A stretch of DNA of 64,000 nt. It comes from Kiritimatiellia bacterium (lineage in GTDB: Bacteria; Verrucomicrobiota; Kiritimatiellia; JAAZAB01). The translations under genes were made by a program, and so were the position numbers. The notes under the pieces were generated by a model. The model was given only the letters and a program-made list of their open reading frames with translations. It had not been told where the DNA came from and did not search any database. Location of the stretch: assembly GCA_028715905.1 (NCBI GenBank), contig JAQUQV010000001.1:7216-71215 (forward strand), read 5' to 3'. Of this stretch, positions 54,675 to 63,952 are shown piece after piece (positions within the stretch are counted from its first letter, which is position 1; every line of letters begins with the position of its first letter).

Positions 54675-55502
54675 ATGAAAAAAACAAGAAAAATAACCGC
54701 GACGCTAACAATGGCCATAATGATCGCCGGCGGAACGGCGGTTGCCAAAGACGCGCATAAAATCGTGATTGACGGCTCCACCACGGTCGGACCGATCGCC
54801 AAGGCGTTCGCCGAATATTACATGGCGAAACATCCGGAAGTGAACATCACGGTGAGCGAATCCGGAAGCGGCAACGGCGCCAAAGGCATCATTAACGAAG
54901 CCTGCGACATCGGCGCCATGTCAAGACCGATGAAATCATCTGAAATAGAGGCGGCAAAAGGCGCGGGAGTACTGCCAGTTGAGCATATTGTTGCCATGGA
55001 TGGTATTGCCGTGGTGGTTCACAATAGTAATCCTGTTGCAGATCTGTCCGTTGCGCAGATTAAAGATATTTACACCGGCAAGATCGCGAACTGGAAGGAG
55101 CTGGGCGGCCCGGACCTGCCGATCGTGGCGATCAGCCGCGACACAAACAGCGGCACCTACGAAACGTTTGAAAGCCTGGTTATGAAAAGGGAAAAAATAG
55201 CGGGAAAAACCGAATACGTCGGCAGTAACGGCGCCATCCGCCAGCGGGTGTTGAGCACGCCGGGCGCAATCGGTTATGTGGGCCTGGCTTTCCGGGAAGG
55301 CGTCAAGCCGGTGAAAGTCAACGGAATGGAAGCCACGCCTGAGACCGTGGTCGCCAAGACTTATCCCATTGCGCGCCCGTTATATATGTACACCGCCGGC
55401 CGGCCGCGGCCGGAAACGCCGCTCAGCGAATTCATTGATCTAGCCAATACGCCGGACGGAAAGAAGATCATTGAAGATACGGGTTTTGTCCCGTTGAAAT
55501 AA
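54675..55502 (+). CDS. pstS: phosphate ABC transporter substrate-binding protein
   Basis: 275 aa. It has a signal peptide plus DGSTTVGP, SGSGNG and SRDTNSGTYE motifs. Confidence 0.9.
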   Translation: MKKTRKITATLTMAIMIAGGTAVAKDAHKIVIDGSTTVGPIAKAFAEYYMAKHPEVNITVSESGSGNGAKGIINEACDIGAMSRPMKSSEIEAAKGAGVLPVEHIVAMDGIAVVVHNSNPVADLSVAQIKDIYTGKIANWKELGGPDLPIVAISRDTNSGTYETFESLVMKREKIAGKTEYVGSNGAIRQRVLSTPGAIGYVGLAFREGVKPVKVNGMEATPETVVAKTYPIARPLYMYTAGRPRPETPLSEFIDLANTPDGKKIIEDTGFVPLK

Positions 55503-55583
55503 CAGGGCGGTTGGATAGACATGGGCGGCCGGCGCAGGAGAGAGGCGCGGCCGCCTGTGCCGTTGTTTGAAGTTGTTAAAATC

Positions 55584-56747
55584 ATGCAAACAAACAATCA
55601 AATGCCCGGCATGAAAGCACATACCGCTTCATTGCTTTTGTCCAACCGGGCACAGCGGCAGCAACGGCTTATGACCGTGCTGGGAAAATCCTTCCTGCTG
55701 GCAGTCACATCTCTTTCCATGCTCGCGGTCCTGTTTATTTTTATATTCATAGCCCGTGACGCCTGGCCGTTTTTCCGGCACGAAAGCCTGCGTGAGTTTT
55801 TCACCAGCGTTCGCTGGTATCCTTCCGCCAATGAACCGGAATTCGGCGCGCTGGCAATTCTTTACGGCAGCGCCATGGTAACCCTCGGCGCCGGCGCGGT
55901 GGCCGTGCCGCTGGGAATCGCCGCCGCAGTCTGCATCAGCGACGTCATGCCGTTCAGCCTGCGCCAGACTCTCAAACCAGTCATGGAAATGCTCGCCGCC
56001 ATTCCTTCGGTAGCTTACGGTTTTTTCGCCCTGGTCGTGCTCGCGCCGCTCCTCCAGCAAAAGGGCGGCCAACTGCTCGCGGCGGCCGCATGGATCATCG
56101 GATTGCCCGTGGCGGCGCTGACGACAATTGTCATGAGCGATGTCCTCAGCGAAAGGATTTGTGAAAAATACCGCACCGCCGCGCGCTGGACAGTGGCAAT
56201 CGTCGCGGGCGGCGGGACGCTGACAGGGCTGGCCATAATCGCCAATGCGCTGAATGCGCTGCGCATTGTCAGCGGCACGAACGCGCTGAATGTCTCCATA
56301 ATCCTGGGCATCATGGCCATACCGACCATTGTCAGCGTTTCCGAGGACGCCCTGCAGGCGGTCGGGCGCGAACTGCGCGAGGGCAGTTACGCCCTGGGGG
56401 CGACCCGCGCCGAAACCATCCTGAAAGTCGTTCTGCCCGCGGCCGGCAGCGGCATTATGGCGGCCGTCATGCTGGGCGTCATGCGCGCGGTCGGGGAAAC
56501 CATGGTGGTCTGGATGGCCTCCGGCAACGCGGCCCAGATTCCCCGGCCCTGGTATAATTTTATGGAACCCGTGCGCACGCTGACCGCAACAATCGCCGGC
56601 GATATGGGCGAGGCCGACCATGTTACCGGTTCGGGCCGGTATCACGTGCTTTTTGCGATGGCATTCTGTCTGCTGGTTTTTTCTTTCGGAATCAATTTAA
56701 TGAGCGAGCGGCTCATCAGCCGCGCGCGCAAAAGAAACGCGGCCTGA
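55584..56747 (+). CDS. pstC: phosphate ABC transporter permease PstC
   Basis: The ORF starts at 55521, but the likely start is ATG 55584. It is a polytopic permease with an EAA-like loop (EDALQAVGRELREGSYALGATRAETI). Confidence 0.85.
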   Translation: MQTNNQMPGMKAHTASLLLSNRAQRQQRLMTVLGKSFLLAVTSLSMLAVLFIFIFIARDAWPFFRHESLREFFTSVRWYPSANEPEFGALAILYGSAMVTLGAGAVAVPLGIAAAVCISDVMPFSLRQTLKPVMEMLAAIPSVAYGFFALVVLAPLLQQKGGQLLAAAAWIIGLPVAALTTIVMSDVLSERICEKYRTAARWTVAIVAGGGTLTGLAIIANALNALRIVSGTNALNVSIILGIMAIPTIVSVSEDALQAVGRELREGSYALGATRAETILKVVLPAAGSGIMAAVMLGVMRAVGETMVVWMASGNAAQIPRPWYNFMEPVRTLTATIAGDMGEADHVTGSGRYHVLFAMAFCLLVFSFGINLMSERLISRARKRNAA

Positions 56748-56756
56748 CAAAAAAAC

Positions 56757-58103
56757 ATGCAATTAAAAACAAGAAAAATCCTGGACCGCTCGTTTTCCTG
56801 GACCGGGGCCATTGCGATTTTCCTGATGACCGCCGCCCTGGTCATCCTGCTCGCCCCCATGCTGGCGCGCGGATGGGGCGCGTTCCATTTTGCCGCCACA
56901 ATTGAGCACCGGCGGATGATACTGGAGCAATTCGGACGCGGCAACCGGGCGGAGATTGAAGCCGAACGGAATGCCTCCCGCCTGGCGCGCGCACCCCTTT
57001 ACCGGATGATCGCCGAATTTGAAAAACAACTTGAGGACGGCGAAGAACAGGAGAGAAAAAAGCACGCCGCGTCTTTGCGCAACCTGAAAAAAGCGCTGCG
57101 CGGCCTGCTTGGCCCCGAACCGGGCGCGCCAAAGCCGATTCTCATGCGCGACCGGTACGGGCAAACGCGCTGGGACCGCGCGCTGGTCAAACTGCAAAAC
57201 GCGCTCCATGCGGAAGAATGGGACTACTCCAACCCGGACCGCGGCGGCGTCAAAATATTGAAAAAACGCGCCGCTGAATTTGCGGGCACATCCCTGGAAC
57301 CCCTCTTTGCTTACCTTGAGCAAAACACGAAAAAAATGCTGCTGCCGCGCCGGACATTTTACTGGCGTTTTTTAACGGATGTATCCCTTGATGCGCACTT
57401 TTTCGGCGGCATTTTGGCTGAAATTCTCGGCACCCTTTACCTCGCCGCCGGCGCCATGCTGTTTGCCCTGCCGATGGGGGTCATGGCCGCGATTTATCTG
57501 ACGGAATACGCCCGCGAGAGCCGGTTGACCGGTTTCCTGCGCACCTGCATAAATACTCTCGCAGGCGTGCCCAGCATTGTCTTCGGCCTCTTCGGCCTGG
57601 CTTTTTTTATCAACACCTTGAAAGTCTCCAGCTCAAAAAGCGTCCTGGCCGGCGCCCTGACGCTGGCCCTGATGATTCTGCCGACCCTGATCCGCGCCTC
57701 CGAGGAGGCGATCCGATCGGTTCCGAAAACATACAAGGAGGCGGCGCTCAGCCTGGGCGCCGGCCGCGGACGCGTGATCGCGAGCGTCATTCTGCCGGCG
57801 GCTTTGCCGGGCATTCTTACCGGCACGGTCATCAGCATGGGACGGGCCGCCGGCGAAACCGCGCCGATCATTTTCACGGCGGCGGTCAGCGTTGGCAAAC
57901 CGCTCGCGCTCTGGCAGGTTTTCAGCCAGCCGACCCCGGCCCTCTCCTGGAACATTTACAACCTGGCCACGGAACACGAGGCGGCGGATGAAATCCGGCA
58001 CGTGCAGTACGGCCTCGTGCTGACCCTGGTCGCGTTGGTATTGATCCTGAACCTGGCCGCGATAATCATGCGGGCGAGAATATCAAGACGTTTGAAAGGA
58101 TGA
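56757..58103 (+). CDS. pstA: phosphate ABC transporter permease PstA (long form)
   Basis: 448 aa. The C-terminal core shows SEEAIRSVPKTYKEAALSLGAGR. A charged insertion of about 150 aa follows TM1. Confidence 0.85.
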   Translation: MQLKTRKILDRSFSWTGAIAIFLMTAALVILLAPMLARGWGAFHFAATIEHRRMILEQFGRGNRAEIEAERNASRLARAPLYRMIAEFEKQLEDGEEQERKKHAASLRNLKKALRGLLGPEPGAPKPILMRDRYGQTRWDRALVKLQNALHAEEWDYSNPDRGGVKILKKRAAEFAGTSLEPLFAYLEQNTKKMLLPRRTFYWRFLTDVSLDAHFFGGILAEILGTLYLAAGAMLFALPMGVMAAIYLTEYARESRLTGFLRTCINTLAGVPSIVFGLFGLAFFINTLKVSSSKSVLAGALTLALMILPTLIRASEEAIRSVPKTYKEAALSLGAGRGRVIASVILPAALPGILTGTVISMGRAAGETAPIIFTAAVSVGKPLALWQVFSQPTPALSWNIYNLATEHEAADEIRHVQYGLVLTLVALVLILNLAAIIMRARISRRLKG

Positions 58104-58106
58104 AGA

Positions 58107-58198
58107 CCGCCAAAGGCGGCAACTGTATTTGAGCAATGCAGGCCGCATCCCTATGCGGCGATTCCGGAAGACGAAACACGCATCGCCAAACGGGGGTT
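58107..58198. repeat. REP/BIME-like element filling the pstA-pstB spacer
   Basis: CCGCCAAAGGCGGCAACTGTATTTGAG is followed by GCAGGCCGCATCCCTATGCGGCGAT and a truncated inverted unit ATCGCCAAACGGGGGTT. It is colinear with 9004-9134. Confidence 0.7.
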
Positions 58199-58202
58199 AA
58201 CC

Positions 58203-58991
58203 ATGCCGAAAACACAAAATAACGCATCGCCGCCGGAGCGGACGCACGTTGCCGCGAAATATTTTTCCGTTTTTTACCGCGCCAACCAGGCGGTCAAGAA
58301 TGTGTCGTTCAACATTCCGGCCGGGCAGGTAACGGCCATCATCGGCCCGAGCGGCTGCGGCAAAAGCACCTTTCTGCGGGCCATAAACAGGATGAACGAC
58401 CTAGTGCCGGGCTGCCGGGCCGCCGGCGAACTTGTCTTTGACGGACAGAACGTCTACAGCCCGGAGGTGGACGTGGTCATGTTAAGGAAACGAATCGGCA
58501 TGGTTTTCCAGAAACCCAATCCTTTCCCGAAAAGCGTTTTTGACAACGTGGCCTACGGGCGGCGTTTGCACAGCCGGATGAAAGAAAGCGAACTGGAGCT
58601 GGCCGTGGAGAGGAGCCTGGTTGACGCCGCGTTGTGGGAGGAAGTCAAGGACCGGCTGAACGACAACGCGCTCGCGCTTTCCGGCGGCCAGCAGCAAAGG
58701 CTCTGCATCGCGCGGGCGCTGGCGGTCGGCCCGGAAATCCTGCTCATGGACGAGCCCACCTCGGCCCTGGACCCGCGGGCAACCCTGCGCATAGAAAACC
58801 TGATCGCCGAATTGCGCGGGAAGTACACGATCATCATCGTAACCCACAATATGCAACAGGCGGCGCGCGTTTCGGATTTCACCGCCTTTCTCTACGAAGG
58901 CGCCCTGGTTGAATTCGGCCCGACGAAGGAAATTTTCACAAAACCGAAAAACAGACAGACCGACGATTACATCACCGGCCGTTTCGGGTAA
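58203..58991 (+). CDS. pstB: phosphate ABC transporter ATP-binding protein
   Basis: 262 aa. It has Walker [10 protein letters not shown], signature LSGGQQQR and Walker B ILLMDEP. Confidence 0.92.
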   Translation: MPKTQNNASPPERTHVAAKYFSVFYRANQAVKNVSFNIPAGQVTAIIGPSGCGKSTFLRAINRMNDLVPGCRAAGELVFDGQNVYSPEVDVVMLRKRIGMVFQKPNPFPKSVFDNVAYGRRLHSRMKESELELAVERSLVDAALWEEVKDRLNDNALALSGGQQQRLCIARALAVGPEILLMDEPTSALDPRATLRIENLIAELRGKYTIIIVTHNMQQAARVSDFTAFLYEGALVEFGPTKEIFTKPKNRQTDDYITGRFG

Positions 58992-59006
58992 AGCATAGGA
59001 GGGCGC

Positions 59007-59681
59007 ATGAACGTTCAACTGCAGAAGGAAATTGAAAAGCTGAAGCGGCAGATCCTGGGGCTAAGCGCCAAGGTGGAAAACGACGTCCGCATGGCGGTGC
59101 GGGCGGCCGACAACCAGGACCGGGAAACGGCCCGCCGCGTGGTCTCCCGCGAGAAGGAAACCAACGTTATGGAGGTCAACGTGGAGGAGGAATGCCTGAA
59201 AATACTGGCCCTGCACCAGCCCGTGGCGAGCGACCTGCGCTACATCGTGGCCGTGCTCAAGATCAACCAGGATCTGGAGCGGATCGGCGACCTGGCGGTG
59301 CACATCGCCGAGCGCGCCCTCGCCCTCTGCCGGGAACCGCGGGTCGCCATCCCCGTCCGGCTGGAACAGATGGCCGATAAAACCGAACTCCTCCTGAAAA
59401 AGGTGCTGGATGCTTTCGTCAATCTTGACGAATCGGCGGCCCGGGAAGTATGCGCGGCCGACCATGAAATTGACGACATGAACCAGGAAATATTCCAGCA
59501 GGTCAAGAAGGTCATCATGCAAAATCCCGGGCGGTTTGAAGCCATGCTGCAGATCATGCACATCGCGCGGCATCTGGAACGGATCGGGGACCATGCCACC
59601 AATATCGCCGAGGATCTGATTTATCTCATAGAAGGAAGGATCGTGCGGCACACCCCGGAAGTTTTCCCGAAAAACCATTGA
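59007..59681 (+). CDS. phoU: phosphate signalling complex protein PhoU
   Basis: 224 aa. It has two PhoU repeats, each with E..D...ERIGD (DLERIGDLAVHIAE, HLERIGDHATNIAE). Confidence 0.9.
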   Translation: MNVQLQKEIEKLKRQILGLSAKVENDVRMAVRAADNQDRETARRVVSREKETNVMEVNVEEECLKILALHQPVASDLRYIVAVLKINQDLERIGDLAVHIAERALALCREPRVAIPVRLEQMADKTELLLKKVLDAFVNLDESAAREVCAADHEIDDMNQEIFQQVKKVIMQNPGRFEAMLQIMHIARHLERIGDHATNIAEDLIYLIEGRIVRHTPEVFPKNH

Positions 59682-59729
59682 TGCTGCGCCGGATACGGCG
59701 GAAGCGCCCGCGGCCGGGAAACTGAAGAG

Positions 59730-59802
59730 TGGGCGGTGAGGGACTCGAACCCACAACATCCACCGTGTAAGGGTGGCGCTCTGCCAGTTGAGCTAACCGC
59801 CC
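59730..59802 (-). tRNA. tRNA-Val (anticodon UAC)
   Basis: The 73-nt cloverleaf read by hand is GGGCGGT-TA-GCTC-AACTGGCA-GAGC-G-CCACC-CTTACAC-GGTGG-ATGTT-GTGGG-TTCGAGT-CCCTC-ACCGCCC-A. There is one U-U mismatch in the T stem. CCA is not encoded. Confidence 0.85.
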
Positions 59803-59986
59803 GCTTCGGGCCTTAAAAGTTGACCGGCGGTTGAAATGCCATGCATTTGTGGTTGCTGTTCTTATCGGTTTCCGCGCGGCCTGGCAAGCAAATAACTCGG
59901 CGGGGATAAGCGGGGACTGAAAAACGCCCGCGCTCCCGGCAAGATGCGCTTGTATCTTCAGGACGGCAATGCTAATCTTCCGAACC

Positions 59987-60586
59987 ATGAGCGTAACGAG
60001 CGAAAAAATCAACCTGGGCGTGCTGGGCTCGGGCCAGGGAACGAACTTTCAGGCGATCGCAAAAGCGATTCAGGCCGGCCAGGTGAACGCGCGCATCGTC
60101 TGCGTGCTGTCAAATGTTCCCGGCGCCCCCATCCTGGAACGGGCGCGCGCCTTGAACATGCCGGCAGAATACGTTGACCCCGCGCCGTTCAAGACCAAGC
60201 TGGATGGCGAAGCCGAACTGAAAGTTATTGAGCGCCTGCGGCATTACGGCGTTGAGCTGGTTGTGCTGGCGGGATTCATGATGATTATAAAGCAAAAACT
60301 GCTCCAGGCTTATCCGCGGCGGATCATCAATATTCACCCCTCGCTCCTGCCGGCCTTCCCGGGGCTGGAAGCATGGAAACAAGCGCTGGACGCGGGCGTA
60401 AAAACAACGGGCTGCACCGTGCATTACGTTGACAAGGGCATGGATACCGGGCCGGTCATACTGCAGAGAACCGTTGCGGTGAAAGCGGACGACACGCCGG
60501 AAACGCTGCTCGCGCGCATCCACGAACAGGAATACATCGCCTATCCCGCCGCGCTGCAAACGGCCGTCAAAAGGCTCCGCGGTTAA
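59987..60586 (+). CDS. purN: phosphoribosylglycinamide formyltransferase
   Basis: I moved the start to ATG 59987 (MSVTSEKINLGVLGSGQGTNF). It has NIHPSLLPAFPG and HYVD.GMDTGP. Confidence 0.88.
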   Translation: MSVTSEKINLGVLGSGQGTNFQAIAKAIQAGQVNARIVCVLSNVPGAPILERARALNMPAEYVDPAPFKTKLDGEAELKVIERLRHYGVELVVLAGFMMIIKQKLLQAYPRRIINIHPSLLPAFPGLEAWKQALDAGVKTTGCTVHYVDKGMDTGPVILQRTVAVKADDTPETLLARIHEQEYIAYPAALQTAVKRLRG

Positions 60587-60735
60587 AAAACGAGCCCGCC
60601 CGGCGCAGATTATTCTAGACGCGGCGCTTCTTTTTATTATATTTTAAATCGTTACGTTAAGCGATATTGACCGGCCGTGAAAAAATCCACGTGCCAGCGG
60701 CAACTTGAGGAGAACGGCGCGGCCGCCTTAGCCAA

Positions 60736-61638
60736 ATGAAAAAAAAACAGGAAACGAACAAAAACAACCGGAAAATCGTGCTCGGTCTTCCGAAAGGCAG
60801 TCTCCAGGATGCGACTTGTTACTTGCTGAAAAAAGCCGGTTTTACGGTGACCATCGGCCAGCGCTCCTATGTTCCGGCCATTAACGACCCGGAAATCGCC
60901 GCCCGCCTGATCCGCGCCCAGGAAATCAGCCGCTACGTGGAACAGGGCGTGCTTGACTGCGGCATCACCGGTTACGACTGGATAGTTGAAAACGGCTCGG
61001 ACATCGTTGAGATCACCGATTTAATTTACGCCAAGGGGGGACTGCGCCCGGTCCGGTGGGTGGTGGCGGTGCCGAATGATTCCCCGATTAAAACCATAAA
61101 AGCCCTGGCCGGCAAACGCATTGCCACCGAGGCCGTCGGTCTGGCCAGAAAATTCCTCAAAAAAAACGGCGTGCGCGCCGAAGTTGAATACTCATGGGGC
61201 GCGACCGAAGTCAAGGCGCCGGATTTGTGCGATGCGATCATGGAATTGACCGAAACCGGCTCTTCCCTGCGGGCCAACAACCTGCGCATCATCGCCACGG
61301 TGCTGGAATCAACCACCAGGTTCATCGCCAACAAATCGGCCTGGAAATCAAAATGGAAACGCGAAAAAATCAGCCAACTTGCCATGCTTCTGAAAGGAGC
61401 GCTGGCCGCCGAAACGCGGGTGTTGCTGAAAATGAACGCCGCCGCGGGAAAAATAAACAAAATCCTTCCGCTTCTGCCCTCGCTGCACGCGCCGACCGTC
61501 AATGCCCTCAGCGCCGGCGGATGGGTGGCGGTGGAGTCGGTGGTTGAAGAACGAATCGTCCGCGAAATCATTCCGAAACTGAAGGCGGCCGGAGCGGAGG
61601 GGATCATTGAGATTCCGTTGAACAAGATCATCGCTTGA
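60736..61638 (+). CDS. hisG: ATP phosphoribosyltransferase (long form)
   Basis: 300 aa. It has LGLPKGSLQ, DCGITGYDW and ELTETGSSLRANNL, plus a C-terminal regulatory domain. Confidence 0.88.
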   Translation: MKKKQETNKNNRKIVLGLPKGSLQDATCYLLKKAGFTVTIGQRSYVPAINDPEIAARLIRAQEISRYVEQGVLDCGITGYDWIVENGSDIVEITDLIYAKGGLRPVRWVVAVPNDSPIKTIKALAGKRIATEAVGLARKFLKKNGVRAEVEYSWGATEVKAPDLCDAIMELTETGSSLRANNLRIIATVLESTTRFIANKSAWKSKWKREKISQLAMLLKGALAAETRVLLKMNAAAGKINKILPLLPSLHAPTVNALSAGGWVAVESVVEERIVREIIPKLKAAGAEGIIEIPLNKIIA

Positions 61639-61693
61639 ATTTCTCTATGAATTCTGTGGTATCTGCGATAAACATCTTTCTTTTATTTGGGTT

Positions 61694-61707
61694 GCGGGCA
61701 TGCCCGC
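61694..61707 (+). terminator. short GC hairpin after hisG
   Basis: GCGGGCATGCCCGC followed by TTT. The stem is short, so this is a weak call. Confidence 0.35.
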
Positions 61708-61782
61708 TTTAGAGAACACGATCAAAAAATCCGGCGGAATACGCTTCACGAAATACGAGAGACGCATTGGAGGAGAAAAAAA

Positions 61783-61878
61783 ATGGGTTCACTGAAAAAA
61801 TGGCGGATAAAAAAAATGGCGAAGCACAAACGGCGGAAACAGCGGAAGGCCGATCGCCATAAAAACATCAATAAATAA
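61783..61878 (+). CDS. 31-aa highly basic mini-protein, bS22 / AURKAIP1-COX24-like
   Basis: MGSLKKWRIKKMAKHKRRKQRKADRHKNINK has a strong GGAGGAG SD 8 nt upstream. It resembles the actinobacterial bS22 sequence pattern MGS.IKKRRKRM.KKKHRK as I recall it. Confidence 0.6.
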   Translation: MGSLKKWRIKKMAKHKRRKQRKADRHKNINK

Positions 61879-61887
61879 ACACAAAAA

Positions 61888-61917
61888 AACAGCGCAAGCG
61901 CGCACCGTTGCGCTGTT
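61888..61917 (+). terminator. hairpin after the mini-ORF (possible terminator/attenuator)
   Basis: AACAGCGCAA-N10-TTGCGCTGTT has a perfect 10-bp stem and a weak T tail. It overlaps the possible N-terminal extension of the next gene. Confidence 0.4.
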
Positions 61918-61918
61918 C

Positions 61919-63952
61919 TTGGCGGCCGTTGCCGCGGCCGGCCTGCCGGCCGGCTGCCGGACGCTTTTCCCGCAAGCCGGTTCCAGCCCCGGCCGGGACC
62001 AGGGGGACTTCACCCGGCAGGACGCCCGCATGGCCGAGGCGCTGGCCAATTATGCCGCGGGGGTTCTGCGCGAAGGCCGCTTGGATTCCGCCGGAGCGGT
62101 TTCCAACTACCTGCGGGCGGCTGAACTGGAGCCGGAAATAATACCGCTTTATCTGCGCGTGGCGGCCCAGCATATAAAACGAGCCGAGAATGACAAGGCC
62201 ATTGCCGTCATGGAAGAGGCCTGCCGCGTCAATCCCCGCTCCGCCGACGCCGCCATCATTCTCTCGCAGGTTTATCAGATCATCAATCAGCCGGAAAAAG
62301 CGCGCGCGGCCGCCCGGCGCGCGATAGAAATTGACCCTGCAAACAACAAGGGTTATATCCAGCTTGCATCGCTGTATATCTCCGGCCAGGACGCGCGGGA
62401 AGCCGCGCGGCTACTGCGCGCGGCATTGCCGAAACTGAAGGAACCTCTCCCGGTTCTGCGAATAATCGGCGACCTGCACGCCCAGATGGCCGGAGCTTCC
62501 GGCGCCGGCACGCCCGACTTCAAGGAAGCGATTTATTTTTACGAGAAAGCCGCGGAGTTCCCCGCGGACGATCTCGCGTATGTTTATCTGCAAAAACTGG
62601 GTGATTTTTACATGACCGGCCGCCAGATAGAAAAGGCGCTGGAATGTTTCCGGAAAATCGCCGTCCGCGACCCGGACAACGTTCAAATCCAGCAGAAAAT
62701 CGCGCTCTGTCATGTTGCCCTGGGCAACCGGGAAAAGGCGCTGGAAACGCTGGAAAAAATCGCCGGCCGGGATGCGCAAAACCCGGACATATACTATTAC
62801 CTTGGAGAATTGTACGATTCACTCGGCGACCGGAAACATGCCATTGAAAACCTGAAGGCGGCGCGGGACGCGGAGCCCACCAATCCGAAATCATACCTCA
62901 AGATGGCCGTCATTCACCTGCGCAATGATCCGCAGAAAGCGAGCGAAATTCTCAAGGACGGATTAAAAAAAATCCCCAGGGAACGGGCGTTCCTTGAAAT
63001 TCTCGTCCAGATTTACCTGCAAAACCGCCAGTACAACGAAGCCCTGGCGCTGTTTGACCAGATGCAGTCAAATCTTTCGCCCGATGACCCCATTCTGCGC
63101 GACCCACGTTTCTATATCCATTACGCCATGGCCGCCCAGCAATGCCGGCTCTTTGAAAAAGCCGCCGACCTGTATTCAAAAGCGCTGGAAATCGCGCCGG
63201 ATTCCCTTGAAACGCGCGTCCAGCTCGCCGCGTTGCATATCCGGATGAAAAACCCGGAGGAAGCCCTTGCGCTCATGGAAACCGCCGTGCTATCCGCCCC
63301 GGACGACCCCGCCGCCTGGTTTTTTTACGCGATGATCTGCAGCCAGGCCGGCGAATACAAACAGGCCGCGGCCGCCTTCGGGATCACCGAAAAAAAAGCG
63401 CAAAAACTGCCCGATCGCGGCGCCGCGATCCTGGACTCGTCGTTTTATTTCAATTACGGCGCCGCCGGCGAACGGACCGGCGAAAACGAAATGGCTGAAA
63501 GAAATCTGGCAAAATCAATAGAGCTTGATCCGGAAAACTCTGACGCCTTCAATTACCTGGCGTACATGTGGGCCGAAAAAAACGCGAACCTTGAGTTGGC
63601 GCTTGATTACATCCGGCATGCCCTTGACTTTGAGCCCGATAACGGCGCCTATCTTGACACCCTCGGCTGGATTTTATTCAAACAGGAAAAACACGAAGAG
63701 GCATTGGAAAATATTCAAAACGCCCGGGCGCTCATGCCGTATGACCCGACCATACAGGAACACCTGGGTGATGTGTTGTCCGCGCTCGGACGGAAAACAG
63801 AGGCGCTGGAAGCCTGGAAGCAGAGTTTTCTGCACGGCAATGCCAATTCCGCGGTTGAAAAAAAACTCCGCGAACGCGGAATTGACACCGGAAAATTGCG
63901 CCGCAGCATCAGGAACGAAGAGCCCTTCCCGGCCGGTCCTGAAGATTTTTGA
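61919..63952 (+). CDS. TPR-repeat lipoprotein
   Basis: 677-aa ORF from TTG 61919. It has a lipobox LPAGC near the N-terminus and many TPR units (for example AIENLKAARDAEPTNPKSYLKMA). The true start is uncertain. Confidence 0.75.
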   Translation: MAAVAAAGLPAGCRTLFPQAGSSPGRDQGDFTRQDARMAEALANYAAGVLREGRLDSAGAVSNYLRAAELEPEIIPLYLRVAAQHIKRAENDKAIAVMEEACRVNPRSADAAIILSQVYQIINQPEKARAAARRAIEIDPANNKGYIQLASLYISGQDAREAARLLRAALPKLKEPLPVLRIIGDLHAQMAGASGAGTPDFKEAIYFYEKAAEFPADDLAYVYLQKLGDFYMTGRQIEKALECFRKIAVRDPDNVQIQQKIALCHVALGNREKALETLEKIAGRDAQNPDIYYYLGELYDSLGDRKHAIENLKAARDAEPTNPKSYLKMAVIHLRNDPQKASEILKDGLKKIPRERAFLEILVQIYLQNRQYNEALALFDQMQSNLSPDDPILRDPRFYIHYAMAAQQCRLFEKAADLYSKALEIAPDSLETRVQLAALHIRMKNPEEALALMETAVLSAPDDPAAWFFYAMICSQAGEYKQAAAAFGITEKKAQKLPDRGAAILDSSFYFNYGAAGERTGENEMAERNLAKSIELDPENSDAFNYLAYMWAEKNANLELALDYIRHALDFEPDNGAYLDTLGWILFKQEKHEEALENIQNARALMPYDPTIQEHLGDVLSALGRKTEALEAWKQSFLHGNANSAVEKKLRERGIDTGKLRRSIRNEEPFPAGPEDF

